Positions 9,981 through 20,716 are shown, counted from the stretch's first letter. The stretch: 64,000 nucleotides of DNA from Promethearchaeota archaeon (GCA_048938105.1 JBHLMN010000003.1:160001-224000); one strand, 5' to 3'. Notes: generated by a model from the letters alone, not told the origin. Translations and numbers: made by a program.

Positions 9981-10943
9981 TCATGAAAGAAAAATAAATC
10001 TAGTGCTCTTAATGCCTTCGCTTGACTTTTGTGAAAATGAAGAATGAGTTTCTGAGGCTGCAATAAATTCCTCTAAATTATTTGCAATGAAAGTTATCAT
10101 TTCTTCCTTTAGGATGTCAAATTTTCCGTAAATCTCTGGAATAACATATGTAAAGAAGACAAAAATCTTGTCATAGCATTTAAAATGCCAGATGACCGAA
10201 TCACGAAGTCGCTTGGCTCCTATTAAAGACATATTATCTCTGTATTTGCTTAATAGATACTCTTGTTTAATATAATTGGAAATAGAGGCTAATAAAGGAT
10301 CTGAAATGTCTTCGTGAGTTTGACTTTTTGCAGTTGAGAATAAATAATTCCCATTTTCATCGTAAACGAGAATGAATGAGACAAATTCTTCTAGATCAGT
10401 TTTAATTTTACTTAAAATTTTCCAATATATTGAAGCATCTTCCCCCAATGGTCCCTCGATGGCTTTTTCGAAATTCTCTTCCAAACCTACATATTCAGGG
10501 TTTTCTAGGTTTGCTTGCATTGGAGAATAATGACTAAGTAAATTTGTTGGTAATTGTTGAAATTCAGGAGAAGTAGATATTGATACTAGCGATATCCCGT
10601 TTGGAGCCTTCGCATAATCGACATATAGTGGTTTATTTTCTTTTTTGGATATGTCTAAGAGAGTAGGTCTAACAATATCTTTCAATTGTATTATAGCTTC
10701 CAATAGGCCTGACATTAGAAGTATTCTCTCATTTTTTGGACTTACTTCTTGACTTTGACGAGTGTGTATTTCTCCTGATTTATTTATATGAATAGATCGA
10801 GTATAGACGGGGAGGCCACCCTCATCAGCAAGAATCACCATTAAATTACTTCCCCTTAAGGAGGATTGACAAACGAGAGGCTGATTCTCATTGGCTAGCT
10901 GGTCAAATGACAATCTTTTAGAATTTTCATTGGACAAATTCAA
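9981..10943 (-). CDS. Hypothetical protein, possibly tandem longin/roadblock-like domains
   Basis: VILADEGGLPVYTR...LLMSGLLEAI and FILVYDENGNYLFS...DPLLASI. Confidence 0.45.
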   Translation of the reverse strand: MNLSNENSKRLSFDQLANENQPLVCQSSLRGSNLMVILADEGGLPVYTRSIHINKSGEIHTRQSQEVSPKNERILLMSGLLEAIIQLKDIVRPTLLDISKKENKPLYVDYAKAPNGISLVSISTSPEFQQLPTNLLSHYSPMQANLENPEYVGLEENFEKAIEGPLGEDASIYWKILSKIKTDLEEFVSFILVYDENGNYLFSTAKSQTHEDISDPLLASISNYIKQEYLLSKYRDNMSLIGAKRLRDSVIWHFKCYDKIFVFFTYVIPEIYGKFDILKEEMITFIANNLEEFIAASETHSSFSQKSSEGIKSTRFIFLS

Positions 10944-11066
10944 TTCACATCATATAATAAAATAAACCCAATGATAAACCTATTCACAAAATAGTTCTTA
11001 AGATGAACTAGAGAATCTTTTCGAAGGTTAATATCCCCATCCTAAAAGTAGGCTTGTAAAAAGGAT

Positions 11067-12083
11067 TTAAAAGAACCCTGACATTAAGATATTATCCCAA
11101 CTTACCTCATTGAAAAGATAGAGGAATTCTTTAAATGTTAAAATCGGTTTTTTGAAATTAATATGATCATCAATAGCTATTCGTGGACAAGCTGTATCTA
11201 CCCAAGCATCAACCCAAGTGATGTTGGCAAGATTCTCAAAATTGAGATTTTCCGCAATAACAGAGATTTTTGATCTATTATGATCGATTAATATCTTTTC
11301 GATCTTAGTTATTTGATCAGGATGATATTGGCCAAGTTTCGAACTCCCTAAAATTCCCCATACTTTTGCATTACGACCTTGGTTAATAATGTGAAGCCTC
11401 TTGCGAATTAATTTATTTCTCTCTTCATTTGGGAAGTATTGTATTTCACCTGTAAAGGGATTTAATTGTAAGATAGGGATTGATGTACAGAGGAGTAATC
11501 CATAAGTGTGAAAGTACCCAGCATGAAGGCTGATTATCCCATCAACTTCTTTCGGAAATCCTCTAATATTCTTAACATGGCATCCAAGTATTTGACCTTC
11601 TCCCTCACTATTATAATTTATTCCTATAGTATCTAAAAAGGTTTTTAATTCTTGTAAATTCCTCAAATGCTGAACTGTTGCTATTAAACCCACATTATTC
11701 CATTTTAATTCCTTTAATTTCTCAGATAATTTAGTAAAGTAAGAAGATATTCCAAACGTAACGAAAGCAGGAATTATTAATATTTCAAGGGATTTATTGA
11801 TTATAGAATTGATTTTTTGCTTAAAGCCAAACTCATTATGCCCAAAGTGGATGAGTAATTCACATTCCAATTGAATAGCTAAATTGACAGCTAAATCGCA
11901 TATTCCATAACTAGGATCACCCACTGCAATGATTTGAACATCAAGAGGTTCTAATGTTTCAAGTAACGTTTTAAGAGGAGTATCAAGTAACCCTTCAGGC
12001 ATTTGGATTAGAATTTTTTTGTATCGCTTATCTAAGATTATTTGTGTGATTTTATCTAATTCTAGATTGTATAATTGACTCAT
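11067..12083 (-). CDS. dph2: Diphthamide biosynthesis protein Dph2
   Basis: QMPEG, YGICD, HFGH, GQILGC, KLGQ, TACPRIAIDD (three Fe-S cysteines). Confidence 0.93.
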   Translation of the reverse strand: MSQLYNLELDKITQIILDKRYKKILIQMPEGLLDTPLKTLLETLEPLDVQIIAVGDPSYGICDLAVNLAIQLECELLIHFGHNEFGFKQKINSIINKSLEILIIPAFVTFGISSYFTKLSEKLKELKWNNVGLIATVQHLRNLQELKTFLDTIGINYNSEGEGQILGCHVKNIRGFPKEVDGIISLHAGYFHTYGLLLCTSIPILQLNPFTGEIQYFPNEERNKLIRKRLHIINQGRNAKVWGILGSSKLGQYHPDQITKIEKILIDHNRSKISVIAENLNFENLANITWVDAWVDTACPRIAIDDHINFKKPILTFKEFLYLFNEVSWDNILMSGFF

Positions 12084-12205
12084 TATGTCTCAACTATTCC
12101 ATATGGGAGAATACTTTCCTCTATAGTGAAAGAATCAAATATTTCACACCATTAACACAAAAATGCAAAAGAATTTAAAAACTGTACATTTAATAGAAAA
12201 GTACT

Positions 12206-13156
12206 TTGCTTGAGACAATTCTTATTGACCAGGGGATAATCCAATCACAACGATTAAGTCTTTTATGTGTTCCTGACTACTTATTTTTTAGAACGCACTC
12301 TCATAGGCTTTATAGAGAGTTTAAAGGTATTCCACGATATTCCATAATAACTCGAAAGGTCACTGATCAGCTTGATACCGCCTTACATTATGATCACGCT
12401 TGTTCTCTAAAAACGCTTTTTATTGTTGACGGTTCAACAGCCTTAACAAATGCTCCCTTTTACTTTCAACTTGCAAAACAGTTAGACCTATCTATTGTTG
12501 GGACAAACTTGGATATTAATGAACTCCCCAAACTTAGGTATACTCCGACAAAAAGTATGAACTTTCAGAAATTTGAACCTCTCACTATTGTTAGTAGTGA
12601 AGTCCATTATCATGCTCCACTACATGAAAGTGGTTTGGAAAACAATGCCATAACTCTCCCTCCAACATTTAACCTCTTTACCCAACCAATTACTATAACC
12701 CAAAACACCATTGCAATAGGTTCTGTCAAAAACATAAATGATTTTTTTCCTATCAATTTTGATTTAATGAGAATTAATTTAGGAGATTTTGTCGAATACA
12801 ATCAGCGTTTTCCAAAAACATCTGGAAGTAATGATAATACAAAAAAGAGCCGAAAACAGGCAATTCTTGAGGGGATAAATAGAATCATTAATGTATTCAA
12901 TATTTCTGTTATACTTATTTCACTTTATAAACTCTCTAAATTTTTCGCATCATCAACAGATCCGATAAAACACCAAGTACAAGATATTTGTGACAATTGG
13001 AACTTCTCCGAGGCGATGCTTATAAATAATGAAAAAAGGAGAGTCTGGGAAAAGGAGCCAATGGAGAATTTAAAGGATTTGTTTGATGCCCAAGGTTATA
13101 TTGTAATATTCAATCAAGAAAGAAGGCCAAAAACAGTTTCTCAAGTTAAATATTAA
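12206..13156 (+). CDS. Hypothetical protein
   Basis: 316-aa ORF; no motif recognised. Confidence 0.6.
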   Translation: MLETILIDQGIIQSQRLSLLCVPDYLFFRTHSHRLYREFKGIPRYSIITRKVTDQLDTALHYDHACSLKTLFIVDGSTALTNAPFYFQLAKQLDLSIVGTNLDINELPKLRYTPTKSMNFQKFEPLTIVSSEVHYHAPLHESGLENNAITLPPTFNLFTQPITITQNTIAIGSVKNINDFFPINFDLMRINLGDFVEYNQRFPKTSGSNDNTKKSRKQAILEGINRIINVFNISVILISLYKLSKFFASSTDPIKHQVQDICDNWNFSEAMLINNEKRRVWEKEPMENLKDLFDAQGYIVIFNQERRPKTVSQVKY

Positions 13157-13308
13157 GATAATTCAGAAAAAGACTTCCTCATCGAAGGATGATGGATCAA
13201 AAAAGAGAATGAATCAAAAAGGAATTAGTTTTAAAAGTAGTAATAAAGAGTTAAAATAGTAGTATAATTTCGTACAAAATGGTGAAACAAGAATAGGGTG
13301 GCAGTTAA

Positions 13309-13821
13309 ATGAGTGAAGAAACCTTTAAAATTGAAGAAATCATACCCATAATCGAGAAGGTTAAAAATACTATTGTCACAATGGAAAATGAGTTAGAAGA
13401 AAAACAAAAAGAGGCCGAAGATAAGGAAAAACTTTTAGCTGAACGAGAGGCAAAGTTGAATGAAGCCCAAATTCAGCAACAACAACTAGAATTTGAATAT
13501 GCAAGCCTTGAAACCGAGTTCAAAAAAATATCTGGGCTTTTTGCAGAACTCTCGGAAAAAGAGGAAGCCTCACTTGATGTGAAGCAACTTCTTAGCATCT
13601 ACATTGCTTTACTCGAGAAAGTGTTCGAGGGTAAACCCCATGCAAAGATCTTATACCTCTTACATGGAGATAAATCTGAAATGACTCGTCAAGAATTAGC
13701 AGCAGCTACAGGTTTTTCTCCTGCAATTGTTCTTCATTCATTACATGAGTTAAATAGAGCAGAACTAATCAAATATGATGAAGAACTAGCTACAGCTTCT
13801 CTTGTGAATAGAATATACTGA
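13309..13821 (+). CDS. Coiled-coil protein with C-terminal winged HTH
   Basis: Heptad E/K/Q-rich N-terminal half; KILYLLH..MTRQELAAATGFSPAIVLHSLHELNRAELI. Confidence 0.75.
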   Translation: MSEETFKIEEIIPIIEKVKNTIVTMENELEEKQKEAEDKEKLLAEREAKLNEAQIQQQQLEFEYASLETEFKKISGLFAELSEKEEASLDVKQLLSIYIALLEKVFEGKPHAKILYLLHGDKSEMTRQELAAATGFSPAIVLHSLHELNRAELIKYDEELATASLVNRIY

Positions 13822-13948
13822 GTGGAATGTCTTTTATTTTAGTACTTGTAGTACTGATTCTCATTGAGGGAGGATGAAGCTTTTTTGATTGTGTCATCTA
13901 CGTATTCTTATTCTTTAGAAAGTATTTGACGACATTTTTTACAAAAAT

Positions 13949-14839
13949 GTGGATGAATTTCATTTGCTAATTGATGACTTTCTTATCACTCTTGAAATTG
14001 AAAAAGGGTATTCACCGAAGACTATTCGTGAATATTCTTATGATCTGAAAATGTTTGAACGGTTTAATGGTAGTAAACCAATTGAAACCACAACTACAAC
14101 GGACTTACGACGATTCCTACTCCATCTTAAGCGAGATAAGGAGTATGCAGCAAGAAGCTTACACCGAAAAATCTGCGCATTGAGATCATTTTTTAAATTC
14201 TTGAAGAAAGAAGGTTTCATCACATTAAATCCAACTGATAATATAGAGTCCCCGAAAATCCCGAAATCTCTGCCTAAAACCATTACAATAGAAGAAACAT
14301 TAAAGCTTCTGACTACTCCTGACAATCCACGAGACAAAGCAATTCTTTATCTGTTGTATGGAACAGGTATGCGAGTATCAGAGCTTAGTAATCTTAATAT
14401 CAATCAACTAGATCTCAATGATAGAATAATTCATGTAGTTGGTGGAAAAGGTGGGAAAGATAGAATAATTCCTCTCCCTATTGGAATTATTGAACTCTTA
14501 ACAGATTACATTAAAACTCGTCCAACTGATACAAAAAATCCTGCGTTCATATTGAACCGTTCAGGGAAGCGTTTAACCCCTCGTTCAATACAAAGGATTG
14601 TCAAAAAGTACAAAAAAGCAGCAAATCTATTAGAAAAGAAGGTAACCCCTCATACATTACGACATGCGTTTGCCACCCATCTTTTATCAAATGATGTTGA
14701 TATCCGTGTAATCCAAGAACTTCTAGGCCATGCTTCACTTTCAACAACACAGCTTTATACACATGTTTCTTTAGAACATCTCAGAAAATCTTATGATTTA
14801 GGACATCCATTATCAAACCAACAAGTTTTTGATGGCTAA
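13949..14839 (+). CDS. xerA: Tyrosine recombinase XerA (XerC/D family)
   Basis: TGMRVSEL, GKGGKDR, HTLRHAFATH, LLGHASLSTTQLY; compact 296 aa. Confidence 0.85.
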   Translation: MDEFHLLIDDFLITLEIEKGYSPKTIREYSYDLKMFERFNGSKPIETTTTTDLRRFLLHLKRDKEYAARSLHRKICALRSFFKFLKKEGFITLNPTDNIESPKIPKSLPKTITIEETLKLLTTPDNPRDKAILYLLYGTGMRVSELSNLNINQLDLNDRIIHVVGGKGGKDRIIPLPIGIIELLTDYIKTRPTDTKNPAFILNRSGKRLTPRSIQRIVKKYKKAANLLEKKVTPHTLRHAFATHLLSNDVDIRVIQELLGHASLSTTQLYTHVSLEHLRKSYDLGHPLSNQQVFDG

Positions 14840-14898
14840 AGAAGTATCTCCTATAGTTTAACGACTATGTATGCGGAGTAGAGGAGGCTTCCTTATCA

Positions 14899-15654
14899 TT
14901 GAAGTATAATCATTCCAATTCATACGCCTTCATAAAACAAATTCAAAAACAACAGCTTAGTATTATATGTTATATTTTATGGTATTTTTATCAGAAACGT
15001 CAAAAAACAGAACTAGCATTTTCTAGTGACCCTTTCCAATATATTTTCCGTTATGAAAATAAATATACTCTTATGGGAGAAAATGTTTGGCAATTTGAAA
15101 ATAAAGTGCGGTGGTTTAAAACTAACCTTGTCTTAATATTTGAAAAAAAGAGATGGGGAGAAATAATACAACGTTTTGAGAATTTTCGGGATTTAGAGAC
15201 GAATCAAAGAATTGATTCATACAATACATACCTATCTCTTAATCTTTCAAGAGATCTCTTTTCCTTTTCTAACCCCGATAATCAAATTATCCAAATTCCA
15301 TCTCTAAAATACCCTCTCCCTAAGCGATACCGTCCTTATGGCGGTGGTTTAAGCTATGGACTGATTAAGAATAGAAATATTGTATGCTTTGCAGCAGCTC
15401 CTCACATTCTGTCCCAAGAAACCTTTTCTTTTGCTATATTACGAGGAATAGAAACAAAGATCATTGAGAGAAGGCAACATTATGCGTTGAAAACTGTTGG
15501 GGTTTTATGTAAAGAATTATTCTCCCGCTACAACTTGTCGAACATTTTTTTGTGGGTAGATGAAAAGAATAAGGCTGCTCGTAATTTGTATAAGAAATTA
15601 GGTTTTTTTGAAGAAGGAAAAACATATACTACTTATTGTGATTTGAAAAAGTAG
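14899..15654 (+). CDS. GNAT-family acetyltransferase (C-terminal domain)
   Basis: RRQHYA...LWVDEKNKAARNLYKKLGF. Confidence 0.75.
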   Translation: MKYNHSNSYAFIKQIQKQQLSIICYILWYFYQKRQKTELAFSSDPFQYIFRYENKYTLMGENVWQFENKVRWFKTNLVLIFEKKRWGEIIQRFENFRDLETNQRIDSYNTYLSLNLSRDLFSFSNPDNQIIQIPSLKYPLPKRYRPYGGGLSYGLIKNRNIVCFAAAPHILSQETFSFAILRGIETKIIERRQHYALKTVGVLCKELFSRYNLSNIFLWVDEKNKAARNLYKKLGFFEEGKTYTTYCDLKK

Positions 15655-15698
15655 ATTATATCATTAGCAACTATTCAACTCAAGATAGGACATTTAGA

Positions 15699-16769
15699 TC
15701 AGTTTTTTGACAAGAATATCACTTCTTTTACTGTTTTTTTTGTTGATGTTAAGGCATATTTGTAATCTTTTGTTTGTACTATAATATTTTTTTTGTAACT
15801 AAGTAATATCTTCTTTATTGTATCAATATCTGGAATACCAGGGTCTCTATAGGATATAATCATTTTATAATCTCGGAATTTCTCAATAGTTTTCTCAAAT
15901 TCCTGTAAGACTTTTTTTGGACTTGTCCATCCGTTGTGTATTATTTTTAATCGCCTATGTTTTGATTCATAGTCAATCATACTTTCCCAACAATCATAAT
16001 TACAAATACCCTCTAAGAAATGATAAAAATCCCGATAATCAATGCCAATCCCTTGAGAAGAAACATAAGGAGGATCAAGATAAACTAGATCGTAACCCTC
16101 ATCTGGTAAAGGTAGATCTAAAATTGGATAATTAAAAGCTTTATTTACCCTTTGATTATCAAAAACGGCGTGATTCCCCTCTTTGATTGCTTTCAAAAAC
16201 AATTGCTCAAATGGAGTGTCCCAAGTCTTTTTATTCCCGAAACTTCGTTCAACCTTATTTAAACGGAGATAAAGATTCTTTCTATGAAAAAGATTAAAGG
16301 GACGTTTCTGAATACAAGCTTGAAAAAGAGCGAAAAAACAAATGGCTTTTTCAAATTGGTTTTCAAGCCGAAAGATATTTTGTACTACAATATCTAATAG
16401 TTCATTCTCTTTATCAATATAATAAATATCTTGGAATTGATCCTGTATAGTAGTAAGATAAGAAAAACCTTTTTTTTTCTCAAAAAGCGACCTTACTTTT
16501 AATAGATCAAATTTTGTTGAATTATTCTCAATCAATGCTTTTCCAATATACCAATTTGAGGTAAGTATGTCATTATAAGTTACTTCTTTCCCCATTCTTT
16601 TAAACATATGACTGACTGCGCTTGTGCCTCCAAATGCATCTAGTACAGTGTCAAATTCAATATTATGAAATATAGGCTGAAACCAATCAAGTAATTTTAG
16701 TTTACTTCCCTGGTATCGAGTTTGTGGGAAAAGAACTTGCATTTTCATCATCTCGAAGGGAGACCACAA
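15699..16769 (-). CDS. DNA adenine methyltransferase (D12/Dam-like class), no adjacent nuclease
   Basis: RYQGSK, DAFGGT, YLDPPY. Confidence 0.88.
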   Translation of the reverse strand: MWSPFEMMKMQVLFPQTRYQGSKLKLLDWFQPIFHNIEFDTVLDAFGGTSAVSHMFKRMGKEVTYNDILTSNWYIGKALIENNSTKFDLLKVRSLFEKKKGFSYLTTIQDQFQDIYYIDKENELLDIVVQNIFRLENQFEKAICFFALFQACIQKRPFNLFHRKNLYLRLNKVERSFGNKKTWDTPFEQLFLKAIKEGNHAVFDNQRVNKAFNYPILDLPLPDEGYDLVYLDPPYVSSQGIGIDYRDFYHFLEGICNYDCWESMIDYESKHRRLKIIHNGWTSPKKVLQEFEKTIEKFRDYKMIISYRDPGIPDIDTIKKILLSYKKNIIVQTKDYKYALTSTKKTVKEVIFLSKN

Positions 16770-16802
16770 ATAATTTTTCCCTCCTTCCCCCTCTATAGTG
16801 GC

Positions 16803-18131
16803 TTAGATTTTTTCAACTCGGTCAGTAAATCCTATATTAAGTTCCTCTAACTCTTTCAAGACTGGTTCATAAATATTCTTTTGTACAGGAATTATGACAC
16901 CCTTATCGGTGATTTTACCTTCTAAAATCATATGAACACCTATTGCGCATGGTAAGCCAACTGTTCGTGACATTGAAGTGGGACCATCCTTAATTCCAAG
17001 ATCAACCATGGTACTAGTGCGTTTTTCTTTACCTTCAGGCAATTCATATTTGAACTCGTGAACCATAATTAACATATCCCGTTCACCAGGCGAATATTGG
17101 AGATGAGTCTCCCATTGATGACACAAAGCATCAAGGGGTGATATCTTAGTAGAAGGTACTTGGTCATTCCCAAATAGTCCCATCCATTCAAAACGATGAA
17201 TGATATCATCGGTCACCACAAGATTGAATTTTTTCATGAATTCTTCTTTAGAATCCGCATCCAAAGATACTCCTAGAAGTTTATTAGTAAGTTGGTTATA
17301 AGTGAATCCTGAAGGGAGTTCTAGTTCCTCTAAATCCATATATCCCGAGTCAGCAACCTTTTTAAGAGCACGACACCATCCTGTATTACGTAGAGTCCCC
17401 CGAAACATCGTCTTGGTCTCGGAAATCTCATAAATATTAATATAAGGTGTTGAATCACGATTAGGATAAGCTTCATAATCATCTTCTAAACCATCGACTG
17501 GATAAGGATAGTAATTGTCAAACAGCTCTTCACCAGGAATTTCTATTATTTTACCATCTTCTTTGTATTTTGCAGGATTACGGCCTGCCAGAATCACCCC
17601 ACGAGGTGACCAAGATAATTTATATTTCCATGGTGTTGTTACAGCATCTGGGGCAGGTAATCCTCCGCAATATGATTTGAAGGAAAGAATTTTTCCTCCT
17701 CTTTCATGAACATCATCAATGATTTTTTTCGCTGACATATGGTCTATTCCTGGGTCAACACCTATTTCATTCAAAATTGTGATCCCTGCTTTCTTAGCGT
17801 CTTCATCTAATGCTCGCATTTCAGGACTAACATAAGAAGTGGTTACCATGTGTTTTTTGTATTTAATACAAGACTTGGCTACATGCACATGATAGATATA
17901 AGGTAACAAACTGACAACTAAATCGCTTTCCTTCACTAACTGATCTAACTCTTCTTCAGATGCCTTTGTGATATCAAATTCTTTTGCTATACCATTAGGA
18001 TGATCTCCAATTAGATTTATAGCTTTACTCTTAGTACGACTTGCTACTGTGACTTGATAACCATGGTCTAATAAATAAGTTACAGGAGGCCCAGCAACCA
18101 TTCCTGCGCCAAGAATCAAAACTTTTTTCAA
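16803..18131 (-). CDS. Saccharopine dehydrogenase (glutamate-forming; SDH/Lys9-like)
   Basis: GAGMVA, TTSYVS, NEIGVDPGIDH, SYCGGLP, SWSPRG, YPNRDS, RGTLR, MSRTVGLP. Confidence 0.92.
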   Translation of the reverse strand: MKKVLILGAGMVAGPPVTYLLDHGYQVTVASRTKSKAINLIGDHPNGIAKEFDITKASEEELDQLVKESDLVVSLLPYIYHVHVAKSCIKYKKHMVTTSYVSPEMRALDEDAKKAGITILNEIGVDPGIDHMSAKKIIDDVHERGGKILSFKSYCGGLPAPDAVTTPWKYKLSWSPRGVILAGRNPAKYKEDGKIIEIPGEELFDNYYPYPVDGLEDDYEAYPNRDSTPYINIYEISETKTMFRGTLRNTGWCRALKKVADSGYMDLEELELPSGFTYNQLTNKLLGVSLDADSKEEFMKKFNLVVTDDIIHRFEWMGLFGNDQVPSTKISPLDALCHQWETHLQYSPGERDMLIMVHEFKYELPEGKEKRTSTMVDLGIKDGPTSMSRTVGLPCAIGVHMILEGKITDKGVIIPVQKNIYEPVLKELEELNIGFTDRVEKI

Positions 18132-18183
18132 TTCTAATTACTCCTTACTAATTAATATAATTATTTTTAGGTTCATGGGGTTT

Positions 18184-19527
18184 CTATACGCCCTTAAAGG
18201 TATCAAATTCCTCAATATATTTATAGTTAGGTGTCAACTCTCCCAGATGAACAATGACTGCATTCTTGATTACTGGTGGTAAATCTAATTCAGAGAAAGG
18301 TTTTGAGTAATCAGCTTTTGCAATTATCGGTACATATGGCTTTAACGTCTCACTGAAACTAGTTGAGGATTCAACGGGTAATTCGCAAGGGAGATTATCC
18401 ACAGCCATAATTGCCATTCCTATTCCCTTCAATCCAACAGTTCCTTCATCAGTAAAAGGATTATAGATAAATACTGGGTTATCAGGTTTTGTTGTCTGTA
18501 ATGTGGCTTCAATGCCTCCTTCAATATCACAAGAAATGTCACCTATGATTTGGCACTGAATTTCTTCGTCAGATTCGAATTGAGACTTAAGGAATTTCTT
18601 AGTTATTAATCTGGGGTATTTATCACTCCAATAAATCGCATTTATGAGGATTGATATGTATGGGAAATATTGCTCGAAAATTCCTCTATATTTTGTTTTA
18701 CCATGATCATAGTAATGTTGTAAGTTAAATTCACCTTCAATTGGTTCAACCATATGCTCCTCTTTAAATACGACTTTGTAAACGCAATTCGGGGAGAATT
18801 CTCCCCGATCAAAAAAATCTTTTAGTTCCATTGGGTCAATCTCTTCGACTGGCAAAAATTCTAACATGGATTGGGCGCCAGTTGACACATTTCCATAACC
18901 AGCAAAACCAATCACAAGAGGAACGAGTTCTTTTGGAAGTCCTTTTTCAATTATTTCTTCACCCACCTCAGATACAGCTTTTCTTGCACTATCTAGACTT
19001 TCGTATTCCCAAGTATGTTTGAGTTTCTGGAATGGATTTTCTACTTTTTTATTTAATTTCACTCTTTGGCCATATCCCCAAAGAATTTCAACCATCCCAG
19101 CTAAGCCAGCCCAATTTCCAAAAAAGATAAGACGAAATCCTTTTTCATTAACCACCTTTTCATAATCAATGAGAGTAGCCTTCCTCTCCATTATTTTTTT
19201 CAACATTGGCATATTGTGTTTCTGACCTTTTATTGTATGCGAAAAGAATATATAGGTTTTTGGAGATTTTTGAGCCTCAACGACTGGAAGTGGGATTTCT
19301 TTTATTGCAAAAATCACATTTGCTTCTTCAATGTCAGGGATCACTTTTACTCCAATTTCACGGTAGTATTCATCTTTGAAAGCCCGAATTGAAGAGGATT
19401 GTACAACAAAATCGATAGATTCTTTGTTAATTAACTCTTTCATATCATTAGGAACAATGGGGACTCTTCTTTCCCATACATTTTTATTTTCCAACCTAAC
19501 ACCCACTTTATTTTTCATTAAAACCAC
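18184..19527 (-). CDS. Lysine-ketoglutarate reductase (LKR) domain protein
   Basis: WERRVP, FFSHTIKGQ, LIDYE, FGNWAG, GYGNVS, DISCD, MAVDNLPCELP. Confidence 0.88.
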   Translation of the reverse strand: MVLMKNKVGVRLENKNVWERRVPIVPNDMKELINKESIDFVVQSSSIRAFKDEYYREIGVKVIPDIEEANVIFAIKEIPLPVVEAQKSPKTYIFFSHTIKGQKHNMPMLKKIMERKATLIDYEKVVNEKGFRLIFFGNWAGLAGMVEILWGYGQRVKLNKKVENPFQKLKHTWEYESLDSARKAVSEVGEEIIEKGLPKELVPLVIGFAGYGNVSTGAQSMLEFLPVEEIDPMELKDFFDRGEFSPNCVYKVVFKEEHMVEPIEGEFNLQHYYDHGKTKYRGIFEQYFPYISILINAIYWSDKYPRLITKKFLKSQFESDEEIQCQIIGDISCDIEGGIEATLQTTKPDNPVFIYNPFTDEGTVGLKGIGMAIMAVDNLPCELPVESSTSFSETLKPYVPIIAKADYSKPFSELDLPPVIKNAVIVHLGELTPNYKYIEEFDTFKGV

Positions 19528-19791
19528 TTTCCAACTAGATTTACTTATTTTATAACCTGATGATTTTACAATAAATAGAAATTCCTCTTCTATGATATTT
19601 GTTTGAAATGATTATTTGATTTTTGAACTCCTCTAAATAAATCTTGTTATGATACATGTTCGGAAAATGTTGGATCCCCTCTCCTAAAAGAGATTAAGAT
19701 ACTTTACTAATAACAAAAAGTCATAGAACAAATAAAAGAAAAATAAAAAATATGGTATGAGATTTGTAAGAAAGAATGATTCAGGTTGAAA

Positions 19792-20325
19792 TTACCAGCG
19801 AGTTCTCTCACGATCTCGTGAACGGCCCCTATCACCCGAAAAACCACGATCACCGCGATCACCGCGATCACCGCGATCTCCACGGTTGTATCCACCATAA
19901 CTCCGGCGTGGCCTTCTTCTTCTGCGAGTATCCTCATGGACTTCTTCAGATCGGTCATTATCCATATCAACAGAATCAAGAGTAATTTTTTCATCTGTTT
20001 CTTCAAGAGAACCCCACTTTCCTAGCGCCAGACGCATATGTTCTTGGAAGACATTCACATAACCATTCTTAACCATATAAGTGTCTCCTTCATTGACTCG
20101 GTCAATTGTGTCGTCCCAGAGGGTAAGGATAATGGTACCTGTTGGATCCCCAATTTTTACATCAGCTAATGTATGTTCTTCATTTGTTTTTCGGGATGTA
20201 ATTGTACGTGATTCACCTTTCTCAATAACAACGAATGTTACTTGAAGCTTTCGATCGAAAGGTGATAATTCACTAATTTTCTTTTCATTTAATTCAATAT
20301 TACTGTCGTCTTGAGATTCGTTCAT
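19792..20325 (-). CDS. ssb: Single OB-fold single-stranded nucleic-acid-binding protein with Arg/Gly/Asp-rich tail
   Basis: KISEL...IGDPTGTIILTLWD...NGYVNVF..L.LGKWG; ATG at 20325. Confidence 0.85.
   Translation of the reverse strand: MNESQDDSNIELNEKKISELSPFDRKLQVTFVVIEKGESRTITSRKTNEEHTLADVKIGDPTGTIILTLWDDTIDRVNEGDTYMVKNGYVNVFQEHMRLALGKWGSLEETDEKITLDSVDMDNDRSEEVHEDTRRRRRPRRSYGGYNRGDRGDRGDRGDRGFSGDRGRSRDRERTRW
19847..19882. repeat. 9-bp tandem repeat CGATCACCG (3 perfect + 1 degenerate) encoding RGD repeats in the SSB tail
   Basis: Read directly from the sequence. Confidence 0.9.
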
Positions 20326-20716
20326 AATTTTCACGTGTGTTTTCTTTTCACGATGCTTAAAGCTTCGCTTGATAATCACATAAAAGAAGAATCAGGTTAA
20401 ATCGAGTAAACTGATGCATATTCGAGCCTTTTGATGTGAATAAAAGCGTTTTTCGTGCAAATTACTTGAAAAAAAAAGAGAATTATTAACCTTTTTATTT
20501 TTGGTTGAATAAATCCACTAATATGATGGTGTTTTGTATTAAACCTGCCAATATTATTGAAGCTTCATAGAGAACAACTAATCAAATATAGTAACAAATT
20601 CAAGCCTGTTTAAGACTTCTCAAGAATAATACCAGAGAAAGTATAAAAATCTCTGGTGTAAAATAATATCGATAAACTAATTTATTTATTTTATAGCCAA
20701 AACTAGTGAGATTTTA

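Noticed and set aside
13949-14839. Tyrosine recombinase as a provirus or island integrase
   Set aside because: Size and motifs fit chromosomal XerA; no tRNA, att repeat or viral genes seen
19707-20006. Alternative-frame ORFs with VIA/DHR repeats
   Set aside because: Shadows of the 9-bp repeat in the ssb tail
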